The position numbers and the translations under genes were made by a program. Shown here in pieces: positions 35,832-43,396 of a stretch of DNA of 43,396 nucleotides (position 1 is the first letter of the stretch; each line of letters begins with the position of its first letter). This stretch comes from a virus (lineage: Duplodnaviria > Caudoviricetes), in the IMG/VR virus record IMGVR_UViG_3300019996_000010, positions 1-43,396 of that record; one strand, written 5' to 3'. The notes under the pieces were generated by a model that saw only the letters and a program-made list of their open reading frames with translations, had not been told where the DNA came from and ran no database searches.

Positions 35832-35855
35832 CTCAACATTTAAACGCAACCAACC

Positions 35856-36251
35856 ATGAAAAACACAGACGCAAAATTTCGCCCAACAAATGTTTTGAAA
35901 TCAGCCTTAGAATTGGGTTTTGAGATTGATACCACTGAATCTTTTGAATCAGTTATTGAATCAGCAGAATCGTTTATAAAGGATCACGGCACTGCTGAAA
36001 GACATGAATGTGAAGTGCAATCACTTGGAAATCAACGGGTGGATTTCGGTGATTTTTGGTCACAGGGTGAGATAGTAAATTTTAGCTCACATTGGAGCGA
36101 TTCGCCTGACACAGAAGTCGATCACGAATCATTTGTTGACAATGATGGCCAACTCATTCAGTTATTCTATCGCGTTGGAGAGACTGATTACAACGCTCCC
36201 GATGGCTTTATGTATAGCAAAAAATTAGGCAAGCATGTAGCTATTGCTTGA
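35856..36251 (+). CDS. Acidic hypothetical early protein
   Basis: First gene after the early promoter; D/E-rich. Confidence 0.7.
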   Translation: MKNTDAKFRPTNVLKSALELGFEIDTTESFESVIESAESFIKDHGTAERHECEVQSLGNQRVDFGDFWSQGEIVNFSSHWSDSPDTEVDHESFVDNDGQLIQLFYRVGETDYNAPDGFMYSKKLGKHVAIA

Positions 36252-36266
36252 TTATTTCTTAAAATT

Positions 36267-36443
36267 ATGGAAACCCTCAAAATTGCCCTCTCTAAATTCT
36301 GCGGCCTCATTGACGAGATCGCCGAAAAAGACCCTAGCTTCATAGCCTTCGATAATTATGACGATTATCTTGAGGCTTGCAAACAGCTTGGAATATCTCC
36401 GTCTAGTAATATTGTCGCTTACCTTGAATCAGTAGAAAGATGA
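36267..36443 (+). CDS. Hypothetical protein (58 aa)
   Basis: METLKIALSKFCGLIDE...; fills the gap, ATGA overlap with the next gene. Confidence 0.65.
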   Translation: METLKIALSKFCGLIDEIAEKDPSFIAFDNYDDYLEACKQLGISPSSNIVAYLESVER

Positions 36444-36652
36444 AATACTCTGTCAGAATTTGTTACCGCCTTTACTACTTCAATGACTATTCTAAGGCTT
36501 TGTCCTTCGCTAATTATTGGGGCGTTGAGGTCACCGACGAAGAGGAATACAAAAGGAAACTTGAAGGGTGGTACGCTTATCCCAAACCGACTCATTCTAT
36601 CTATCATGAAGAAGCGGACCGCAGTCACTGGATTCAGCATAACTTGAAATAG
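36440..36652 (+). CDS. Hypothetical protein (70 aa)
   Basis: ORF track; coupled to the upstream gene. Confidence 0.6.
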   Translation: MKYSVRICYRLYYFNDYSKALSFANYWGVEVTDEEEYKRKLEGWYAYPKPTHSIYHEEADRSHWIQHNLK

Positions 36653-36654
36653 CT

Positions 36655-36909
36655 ATGAACCACAGTTTCACCATCCAAGCCAACGAAGTCAAGCGCCTTC
36701 AAAAATTAGTCCTCAATGTCGATCAGGAAGTTTTAAGAGAAGCGGAGGTAACCCTTCGGGGATTAGCTTTGATCGGAGAAAAGAGAATCCTCATCCTTGA
36801 GGACTTGATTAAACTTGCGCAGGAGTTTGTAGCCGATACTCCGGTTGACCGAGTGGAGGTGATACAATATCAACAGGATTTTCAGAAACTTTTAGCAAAA
36901 ATAAGATAA
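36655..36909 (+). CDS. Hypothetical protein (84 aa)
   Basis: ORF track; operon context. Confidence 0.6.
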   Translation: MNHSFTIQANEVKRLQKLVLNVDQEVLREAEVTLRGLALIGEKRILILEDLIKLAQEFVADTPVDRVEVIQYQQDFQKLLAKIR

Positions 36910-36917
36910 AGAACGAT

Positions 36918-37625
36918 ATGGAAAACACACCCACAATAATCACGCAAGATCCGACACCGCGCGGACTTATTCAGCAAGGAATAGAGAAAGGATTAGACGT
37001 TGAATCCCTTTCAAAACTCATGGACCTGCAAGACCGATGGGAGGCAAACGTTGCCCGGAAAGCTTTCTTTGAGGCATTCACCAATTTTCAATGTGAATGC
37101 CCGGACTTGAGGAAAACAAAACTTGTCGCCTTCAACCAAACCACCTACAAGTACGCCCCCCTAGCCGACATTACCCGCCAAATAGGACCGCTTTTGAAGG
37201 CTCACGGCCTTTCCTACCGTTGGGAAATCACCGACACGGAGAAGGAAATAAAAGTTACGTGTTTGGTTTCCCATGTTCAGGGACACACCGAATCCACTTC
37301 GATGATGGCCGCACCCGATTTGAGCGGGTCAAAAAACCCAATTCAAGGCCGGGGTTCAGCGATCGAATATTTGAAGCGTTACACCCTGGTCGGAGCGTTG
37401 GGCCTGTCCACGGCGGATTCTGACATTGACGGACGGCTTCCGGAGGTTGATCTGGACAAACTTCATAAGGAATACATGGAGGTATACAACCAAGTTATTC
37501 AGCTTGATTCAAAATTAACCAAGATGCACCCCGACAACTGGAAGACGGTGAGCGGAAAAGCTTACCTGACAGCGACCACCAAAGCCAGGGAAATTCTTTT
37601 CAACCTTCAAAATCCTGCCAAATGA
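36918..37625 (+). CDS. erf: ERF-family single-strand annealing protein
   Basis: YKYAPLADI, HVQGH, QGRGSAIEYLKRYTLVGALGL...D.D. Confidence 0.92.
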   Translation: MENTPTIITQDPTPRGLIQQGIEKGLDVESLSKLMDLQDRWEANVARKAFFEAFTNFQCECPDLRKTKLVAFNQTTYKYAPLADITRQIGPLLKAHGLSYRWEITDTEKEIKVTCLVSHVQGHTESTSMMAAPDLSGSKNPIQGRGSAIEYLKRYTLVGALGLSTADSDIDGRLPEVDLDKLHKEYMEVYNQVIQLDSKLTKMHPDNWKTVSGKAYLTATTKAREILFNLQNPAK

Positions 37626-38383
37626 AAGACTTTTTTGACGAAATAACCGATCAAACCGAATCACTGAACTATCTGGACCAGGGAAGCGAAGCGTGGGAAC
37701 AAATCAGGGTTGGGCGATTCACATCTTCTGAATGGCATAAACTCATGGGAACGGCTTACCGTGAAATGACCGACACCGAATTGAGGGCCCGGCCAAAGAC
37801 AGGCAAGGGTAGTAAGACAAGTAAAATAGCCGACCATTCAAAGATCAGCGAAACTGCCGAAACATACATTAAGCAGAAAGTTTTCGAGGCTCGCGCAGGT
37901 AAACCAAAACCACAACAATATGCGTATGCCCTTGGGTATGGCAAGGAACATGAACCGGACGCTGTGGAGGAATTTGAACGTCTGACCGGGCTTGTCTGTG
38001 TTCCTTCCGGCTTTCATGTCTACACCGATCATGCGGGGGGTAGCCCGGACAGGTTGATAGGTAATGACGCTGGTCTGGAAGTGAAGTGTCCTGTATTTGA
38101 AAAACAAATCGACTACGAAATGCTGACCGACCATTATGATTTGAAACGAATGTTTCCGGAATATTATTGGCAATGCATTACCCTCTTACTTTTCCTGAAC
38201 CGTAAAACGTGGTATTTCGCTTCATGGAGTGCGTCACTACCCGAAGGCAAACGAATGAGGAAAAGCAATATCATTGAATTGAGCTCCGATAATCAGGACA
38301 TCAAAGACGACTTTGATTTGATTAATGTGAAATTGGCGGGTGCGGTGAAAAGTAAATTAGAGCTCATCAAATTACTTGATTAA
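37622..38383 (+). CDS. YqaJ/lambda-type exonuclease
   Basis: QGSEAWEQIRVGRFTSS, G...E, GSPD, EVKCP, YYWQ. Confidence 0.92.
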   Translation: MKDFFDEITDQTESLNYLDQGSEAWEQIRVGRFTSSEWHKLMGTAYREMTDTELRARPKTGKGSKTSKIADHSKISETAETYIKQKVFEARAGKPKPQQYAYALGYGKEHEPDAVEEFERLTGLVCVPSGFHVYTDHAGGSPDRLIGNDAGLEVKCPVFEKQIDYEMLTDHYDLKRMFPEYYWQCITLLLFLNRKTWYFASWSASLPEGKRMRKSNIIELSSDNQDIKDDFDLINVKLAGAVKSKLELIKLLD

Positions 38384-38385
38384 TT

Positions 38386-38560
38386 ATGACCCAAAAAGAA
38401 CGTATCCTCAAATACCGCTATCGCTAACGGAGAAACACCAAAAACTGTTTTTGACATTAAAACTATACCGCAAGTAATTGTCAACCGAATGATTGACCTT
38501 AACGATGGTAGCAGGTGGTCCTTCAAGCGCATTGCAACCTGGATTGAAAAGAACCTATAA
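38386..38560 (+). pseudogene. Out-of-frame gene remnant or fusion
   Basis: MTQKERILKYRYR* (38386-38427) overlaps a +1 frame lacking an early start and ending MIDLNDGSRWSFKRIATWIEKNL*. Confidence 0.45.
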
Positions 38561-38573
38561 AACCCCATTCAAT

Positions 38574-38756
38574 ATGACCGACCACGAACTACTTCTAATC
38601 GAAACCGGATACATCGCTTGTCAGAATGACCTCGCAGAAATTTTGCTTGACCTTCACACCCCTCAGAACATCCACGTTTTACACGAAATAAACGAGCGAT
38701 TGCAGGAGATCCGGAAGGTAAGAGTTTTAACAGAATTTAGCGAAACCCAGGATTGA
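38574..38756 (+). CDS. Hypothetical protein (60 aa)
   Basis: Start moved to ATG 38574 (MTDHELL). Confidence 0.55.
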   Translation: MTDHELLLIETGYIACQNDLAEILLDLHTPQNIHVLHEINERLQEIRKVRVLTEFSETQD

Positions 38757-38804
38757 TGAAACTTTTTCGCTTTCCCTTTGGTGGATTGAAAACCCCATAA
38801 CTAA

Positions 38805-39011
38805 ATGGCTGACATAATTTTAAAGGCAGCAATTAAGGGTGGAAATAATTGTATGGCCTGCAAATCTTATTGTCCTTTTGCTGAAGTTTTTGAGGATGAG
38901 AGTGAAAGTTTGACCAGTGGTCTGTGCATGCAGCCGGGCGGGAAGATAGATCAACCGGTGGTAGGCATTGATTATTTCTGTGACAAATTCGAAAAGGGTT
39001 TGGTGGAATGA
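38805..39011 (+). CDS. Small Cys-rich (metal-binding) protein
   Basis: CMAC..YC, GLC, FCDKF. Confidence 0.6.
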   Translation: MADIILKAAIKGGNNCMACKSYCPFAEVFEDESESLTSGLCMQPGGKIDQPVVGIDYFCDKFEKGLVE

Positions 39012-39134
39012 AAATAAAAACGTTACTTCACTTCGCGAACTCGATGAAAAACTCAAAAACATACCCTGCCGTAAACGTCCATTTGGCCTTTCAGGTCTGA
39101 TCGGGTTCGCCGTGAGCGGTGGGGTTATTTTTTT

Positions 39135-39668
39135 ATGGCATTGTCTAAAAAAACTAGATTCGAGATTTTCAAGCGCGATGGATTTGCCTGTCAGTATTGT
39201 GGTGGCCATCCTCCAAAGGTGATTCTGGAAGTAGATCACATTGTCCCGAAATCAAAAGATGGTGGAGATGAAATAGATAACCTGGTTACATCTTGCTTCG
39301 ACTGTAATCGCGGTAAGAGTAATCGCGACCTAACCACTATGCCTCAATCAACGGTAGAAAAAACTGCCCTTTTGATTGAAAAGGAGGAACAATATTTGGC
39401 CTACAAAAAGGTTTTGGATAAAATCAAAAAGCGGCTACAAAAAGAGATTGACCAAATTGACGCAATTTACACCACCCATTTTCCTGACTGGGTTTTAAAT
39501 GATCGCTTCAAAAATGGAAGCCTTACCTTTTTTCTCAAAACACTTGGATTTGCTAGAGTTGAACAAGCTATGCACACGGCTTGTGGCCGAATGTATGATG
39601 ATGGCAAGGCAATAAAATACTTTTGCGGAATATGCTGGAATCGCATTAAAGACCCTGAAAATGTCTAA
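39135..39668 (+). CDS. HNH endonuclease-domain protein
   Basis: RFEIFKRDGFACQYCG, EVDHIVP, NLVTSCFDCNRGK. Confidence 0.92.
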   Translation: MALSKKTRFEIFKRDGFACQYCGGHPPKVILEVDHIVPKSKDGGDEIDNLVTSCFDCNRGKSNRDLTTMPQSTVEKTALLIEKEEQYLAYKKVLDKIKKRLQKEIDQIDAIYTTHFPDWVLNDRFKNGSLTFFLKTLGFARVEQAMHTACGRMYDDGKAIKYFCGICWNRIKDPENV

Positions 39669-40347
39669 GCGGTTCACTGACACAGACAAGTGGAAGAAGC
39701 CCTTTATAAGGGGCTTACAAGGGGCTTATAAACTACTTTGGCTCTACATCCTAGATGATTGCGACCATGCCGGAATATGGCAGGTGGATTTCGAGGTAGC
39801 GCGAATTCGGATAGGTGAGCAGATCGACCGAGAGCAAGCAATTTCAGCATTTGGTGATCGGATTGAAATTTTTAACAACGGCTCGAAATGGTTTTTGCGC
39901 GACTTCATTGATTTTCAGTACGGGCAATTGAACGAAAAAAATAGAATGCATTTATCAGTAATTAATATTTTAGACAAAAACGAAATAGGGGCTTATAAGG
40001 CCCTTCCAAGGGGCCAAGGATATATACAAGGACAAGGTAATGGACAAGGACAAGGAACAATACAAGGACAGCCCGATTTTGATTTTGAATTCAAGGCCGC
40101 TTTTGATGATCGCACTCTAGAGGGCTACGAGCGGAACTACAAGCACAAAGGAATTGACATTGCCGAACAACTAAAATCATTCCGGCTCAAATGCGATAAT
40201 GACAGGGGAAGTTATTACAAGCGGTCGTCGTCCACACTTCGAACTAACTTTCAATACCAACTCGATCACGCAAGGAATGGGACAAAATCAGAACTAGCAA
40301 TGGGAGAGAAGAAAGCACAAGACAGGAAAAATAAACTAGGGTTATGA
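39661..40347 (+). CDS. Replication initiator protein (wHTH N-terminus)
   Basis: KRFTDTDKW, LLWLYILDDCDHAGIW, FIDFQYG; low-complexity repeat linker. Confidence 0.75.
   Translation: MSKRFTDTDKWKKPFIRGLQGAYKLLWLYILDDCDHAGIWQVDFEVARIRIGEQIDREQAISAFGDRIEIFNNGSKWFLRDFIDFQYGQLNEKNRMHLSVINILDKNEIGAYKALPRGQGYIQGQGNGQGQGTIQGQPDFDFEFKAAFDDRTLEGYERNYKHKGIDIAEQLKSFRLKCDNDRGSYYKRSSSTLRTNFQYQLDHARNGTKSELAMGEKKAQDRKNKLGL
39697..39731. repeat. Iteron-like repeats AAGGGGCTTA x2 plus an inverted partial copy
   Basis: 39708-39717 and 39719-39728; AAGCCCTT at 39697-39704. Confidence 0.6.
39987..40070. repeat. Ori-like repeat tract (AGGGGCTTA, AAGGGGCC, 6x CAAGG[A/T])
   Basis: Direct reading; preceded by an AT-rich stretch at about 39930-39985. 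Confidence 0.65.
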
Positions 40348-40544
40348 AAAGCTATATTGACGCTATGATGTTTCTAACTTCCGATACGGACTTTAGTCAT
40401 CTGGATAACGAGGAACTTGATTTCCTTTATCATTGCACTTTCAATCAGTTGGCTTACCACATGAGCCGTGAGGGATATATTCGTTCTCTTGAAGAGAAGC
40501 GCGGACAGTTGAACTTTGAAAGAGCATTAATGGAAAATTTATGA
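40344..40544 (+). CDS. Hypothetical protein (66 aa)
   Basis: ATGA coupling on both sides. Confidence 0.6.
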   Translation: MKSYIDAMMFLTSDTDFSHLDNEELDFLYHCTFNQLAYHMSREGYIRSLEEKRGQLNFERALMENL

Positions 40545-40774
40545 ACGAAGAAGAACTTTCAAAAGGCGTTCCTGAATGGTTAATGGTGGTTCCTTTCTGG
40601 ATGAACTGGGTTTATTACAAGGGGGAAAAATGCGTTACGTCAGTTAACTACGAAAAGAGCCTTCGCGCACATCGGCCCATCATGGATATTCATTACTGCA
40701 TGACAAGGGCTATGAATAATATTGTGGAGAAAACGGTAAACTGGAATCCTGAACATTTTAAAAAAGCAGAATGA
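40541..40774 (+). CDS. Hypothetical protein (77 aa)
   Basis: ATGA coupling on both sides. Confidence 0.6.
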   Translation: MNEEELSKGVPEWLMVVPFWMNWVYYKGEKCVTSVNYEKSLRAHRPIMDIHYCMTRAMNNIVEKTVNWNPEHFKKAE

Positions 40775-41427
40775 AAGACTTCCTCCGCCAGCAACTATCC
40801 AAACTCCATCTTATCGGCATCCGCCAAGTGGACTACCTTTCAAAAGAGGACGTTGAAATCCTGCTTTCCGAACTGGAAAAGATCACCAAGAAGTTTTCCT
40901 ATATTCCTGAACCACGCCAGCAGGCAGAAATAGAAAAGCAACTCATCGAGGACTTGGACGCAAAGGACGGGCTCACCCTGCGCAATGTCTGGAAGTGGAT
41001 GTACAAGATTTCCCCGCTCTACTGGAACGCTACCAGGATAAGCGAAGAAGATTTAACGCCCAAAGGCCCGATACTTGAAGGGGAACAAAGAGACTACTAT
41101 CTGAACAAATGGCGGGAATCACTAACTCAAATGCAGGATAACTTTTCACAAGCCGGGAAGGGTAGCGGCTCGAGACTTCGCGAATCAATGGGGCAGGATA
41201 AAGCCCTTAGCGTTGGAGTGGTGAAGAACTGGGAAGTAGGGGAGATTTGCAAAGTATGTAATGGTGAAGGCGGATTCATGAGCGGCGGGGATCCGCCAGA
41301 CAGCGAAGCTTGCTCAGGGTGTAACGGTGCCGGGCAAATCAACATCGTAACAATCCCCGCCACCTCAGAAGCCGAAGCGAGAAAGCAATACAACGAACTT
41401 TTTGGAGAGTCTTCCCCTAAACAATAG
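40771..41427 (+). CDS. Protein with DnaJ-type zinc finger (replication-associated?)
   Basis: CKVCNGEG and CSGCNGAG (two CxxCxGxG). Confidence 0.65.
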   Translation: MKDFLRQQLSKLHLIGIRQVDYLSKEDVEILLSELEKITKKFSYIPEPRQQAEIEKQLIEDLDAKDGLTLRNVWKWMYKISPLYWNATRISEEDLTPKGPILEGEQRDYYLNKWRESLTQMQDNFSQAGKGSGSRLRESMGQDKALSVGVVKNWEVGEICKVCNGEGGFMSGGDPPDSEACSGCNGAGQINIVTIPATSEAEARKQYNELFGESSPKQ

Positions 41428-41432
41428 CAAGG

Positions 41433-42068
41433 ATGAGCCTAACATTATTTGGTCAAGATGTTATAAAATCAATCTCTTTTGATGAGGGCGAAATACTTAG
41501 AAACATACAGGAATTGCATTGCCCTGGGTGGTTTGAGTTAGATCCTTGTTATTCATTTGGTCGGTTTTATGAGGCTTTTGGCATTCCACAGCCAAGATTA
41601 AAATATGATATAGAGCCATCCGGACCGGGGGTGATTAAATCCGACGCCTGCAATCTCCCATTGAATGAAAAATCTATTTCAAGCATTCTTTTCGATCCTC
41701 CGTTTCTAGCCACTTCGGGTCCGGTTTACGATGACAGAGAGAACGAATCAAATATAATTACCCATAGATTTTCAGCATTCAAAACCATGCAGGAGTTGTG
41801 GGATTGGTATGAAAAATGCCTTTCTGAATTTTATCGAATACTCGAGATTGATGGTCAGCTGGTCATAAAATGTCAGGATACGGTTTCGTCATCTAATCAA
41901 TGGTTTAGTCATGTTTTCCTAATCAATGAAGCGGAAAAACGCGGGTTCTACTGTAAGGATTTATTTATTCTATTAGCTAAAAGCCGAATCATTGGGGATA
42001 ATCACGCAATACAACAGCATGCAAGAAAGTTTCATTCATATTATTTGGTTTTCATAAAAACAAATTAA
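41433..42068 (+). CDS. Amino-DNA methyltransferase (N6-A/N4-C), orphan
   Basis: LDPCYSFG motif-I-like, catalytic FDPPF, EFYRIL...G.LVIKCQD. Confidence 0.8.
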   Translation: MSLTLFGQDVIKSISFDEGEILRNIQELHCPGWFELDPCYSFGRFYEAFGIPQPRLKYDIEPSGPGVIKSDACNLPLNEKSISSILFDPPFLATSGPVYDDRENESNIITHRFSAFKTMQELWDWYEKCLSEFYRILEIDGQLVIKCQDTVSSSNQWFSHVFLINEAEKRGFYCKDLFILLAKSRIIGDNHAIQQHARKFHSYYLVFIKTN

Positions 42069-42071
42069 CCC

Positions 42072-42470
42072 ATGAACTTCACCGGCTGTATTGAGTGCGG
42101 TAGTCTGGTAATTGAGAACGAAGCGTTACACCTCTGCGCCAGCTGTAACCATGCCCGAAGGAAAGCCGAGAAAGACGAGATCCGAAACGCGGGGAAGAAG
42201 CGCAAGGTGATAGCGGAGGTAAGTGAGAAGATGAAAGGCAAGCTGAAAACATATAAAGAATTGCGGAAAGAGTATTTAGCTAAAAATCCCTTTTGTAAGG
42301 CAAGGCTTCAAGATTGTACCGGTCATGCAAAACACGTTCACCACCTATCAGGCCGGGGAAGTAAACTTAATGCAGAAGAAACTTTTATGGCCGTATGTTT
42401 CAACTGCCATCGAATATTACATGATAAACTAAGCGCGACCGAAAGGCGCGAGAAAGGACTAATGATATGA
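42072..42470 (+). CDS. Zn-finger/HNH protein (NinG/Ref-like)
   Basis: CIECG..CASC; HVHH..GRG ... VCFNCH..LH. Confidence 0.7.
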   Translation: MNFTGCIECGSLVIENEALHLCASCNHARRKAEKDEIRNAGKKRKVIAEVSEKMKGKLKTYKELRKEYLAKNPFCKARLQDCTGHAKHVHHLSGRGSKLNAEETFMAVCFNCHRILHDKLSATERREKGLMI

Positions 42471-42727
42471 ACGGAATAACATTTTCAGAGGAACCGATTA
42501 AGAAGATTTATTGGACTGTTGGTGAAGTAGCCGCTGAACTTCATGTTCACTGGTCATTGATACATTACTGGATGAAAGAATTCCACATCGAAGTAAAACG
42601 GTCGCGCCATAATTGGCGAATGTTTACCGCAGAAGATCGTGAAAGATTGCGCGAGATTTACTTCTTGGTGAAGGTTGAAATGTTTACCTTGAAAGGAGCG
42701 CGCAAACAACTTGAAAGCCATGAATAA
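42467..42727 (+). CDS. MerR-family HTH regulator
   Basis: KIYWTVGEVA..L.V..SLIHYW.KEF ... R.F...D ... FTLKGARK.L. Confidence 0.85.
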   Translation: MNGITFSEEPIKKIYWTVGEVAAELHVHWSLIHYWMKEFHIEVKRSRHNWRMFTAEDRERLREIYFLVKVEMFTLKGARKQLESHE

Positions 42728-42917
42728 ATACTCAGATCCTTTTTCCTACGAGGACGACAAAGACTTCCACCCGATAGCAGACTTTCTGTTTATGGCTATT
42801 CCGATGGTCTTACTTTTAGCGCTTCTAATTTCAGGAAGTGTCTACGGATTTTACGATTACCTGGATAGAAAGGGAAACGAGAAAGCTATCGAAGCGATTG
42901 AAAATATTGTGAAATGA
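42720..42917 (+). CDS. Small single-TM protein
   Basis: FLFMAIPMVLLLALLISGSVYGF; ATG 42720 preferred over TTG 42711. Confidence 0.6.
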   Translation: MNKYSDPFSYEDDKDFHPIADFLFMAIPMVLLLALLISGSVYGFYDYLDRKGNEKAIEAIENIVK

Positions 42918-43270
42918 TGGAAAACAGGACAATCAAATTCAGGGCGTGGATACCAACCGGATTCGATGACGATGATAATCCGACCGGATTCAAAATGATA
43001 GATGATTTAGCATTTGAGGAATACTTACCTATCAATGACCATCTAAGAAATTTCGAATCACCACTCATGCAGTTCACCGGACTTCTCGACAAAAGGGGGA
43101 GAGAGATTTATGAATCAGACATTTTGTTGGACGGTAAATATAGTTGGGAGGTTTACTGGTACGCAGACCATGCTTGCTTTGCGACTAGAAGCAAAAATGT
43201 AACCTCGGAGATTGTGAATAATCAAAACATGATAGTCATTGGAAATATTTACGAGAATCCGGACTATTGA
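42914..43270 (+). CDS. YopX-family protein
   Basis: IKFRAW, MQFTGLLDKRGREIYESDI, VIGNIYENP. Confidence 0.93.
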   Translation: MMENRTIKFRAWIPTGFDDDDNPTGFKMIDDLAFEEYLPINDHLRNFESPLMQFTGLLDKRGREIYESDILLDGKYSWEVYWYADHACFATRSKNVTSEIVNNQNMIVIGNIYENPDY

Positions 43271-43299
43271 AAGGCGATTGAATCAATAAAATAAAAGAG

Positions 43300-43396
43300 T
43301 ATGAAAATCAAAATACACGTAACGAAGGAGATTTACCGTAAGGCGATGATGTGTGGCACGCAAAAGAGATATGACTCGAGTGTCCCCACCTCTTGT
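43300..43396 (+). CDS. Truncated hypothetical protein
   Basis: MKIKIHVTKEIYRKAMMCG... runs off the window end. Confidence 0.55.

Larger units (their letters stand above)
1..43396. mobile_element. Tailed bacteriophage/prophage genome (partial), probable Bacteroidota host
   Basis: Terminase, portal, capsid, tape measure, endolysin, ERF/YqaJ and YopX genes in two large co-oriented arms; Bacteroidota-type promoters. Confidence 0.95.

Noticed and set aside
40015-40070. CAAGGA repeats as a CRISPR array or DGR element
   Set aside because: Units are 6 bp with no spacers; no cas or reverse transcriptase gene is present
36419-43092. Minus-strand and alternate-frame ORFs in the early arm (e.g. 37097-37423, 37838-38173, 38820-39239, 38968-39222, 41127-41393)
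   Set aside because: Shadows of coupled plus-strand genes
1-43396. Terminal repeats, circular overlap or att sites
   Set aside because: The two ends share no visible overlap and both cut ORFs; no integrase seen, so completeness and lifestyle cannot be determined

Overview
The window is most of a tailed dsDNA phage or prophage genome (siphovirus-like, no sheath gene recognised). A Bacteroidota host is inferred from TTTG-N19/20-TAnnTTTG promoters, A/T-rich start regions and signal peptides followed by Gln. It has two arms that diverge from a control region at about 35.0-35.85 kb. The minus-strand late arm runs: small regulators, terS, terL, a ~9-kb block of about 8 glycosyltransferase-like and 3 methyltransferase-like genes, tail chaperone with a -1 frameshift signal, tape measure, tail proteins, portal, minor head protein, scaffold, major capsid, connectors, fibre genes, holin candidates and a CHAP endolysin. 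The plus-strand early arm carries ERF, a YqaJ-like exonuclease, HNH proteins, a replication initiator with ori-like repeats, a DNA methyltransferase, MerR and YopX. Both ends cut through genes, and no integrase, tRNA or CRISPR array was seen. The main candidates for new biology are (1) a 1244-aa tail-fibre-like protein and three nearby downstream genes that all carry Sec signal peptides, and (2) the large glycan-building cluster inside the virion operon. Also notable are a candidate structured ncRNA in the control region, several apparently leaderless genes and unannotated microproteins. All product calls come from motif recognition by eye; no database searches were run.
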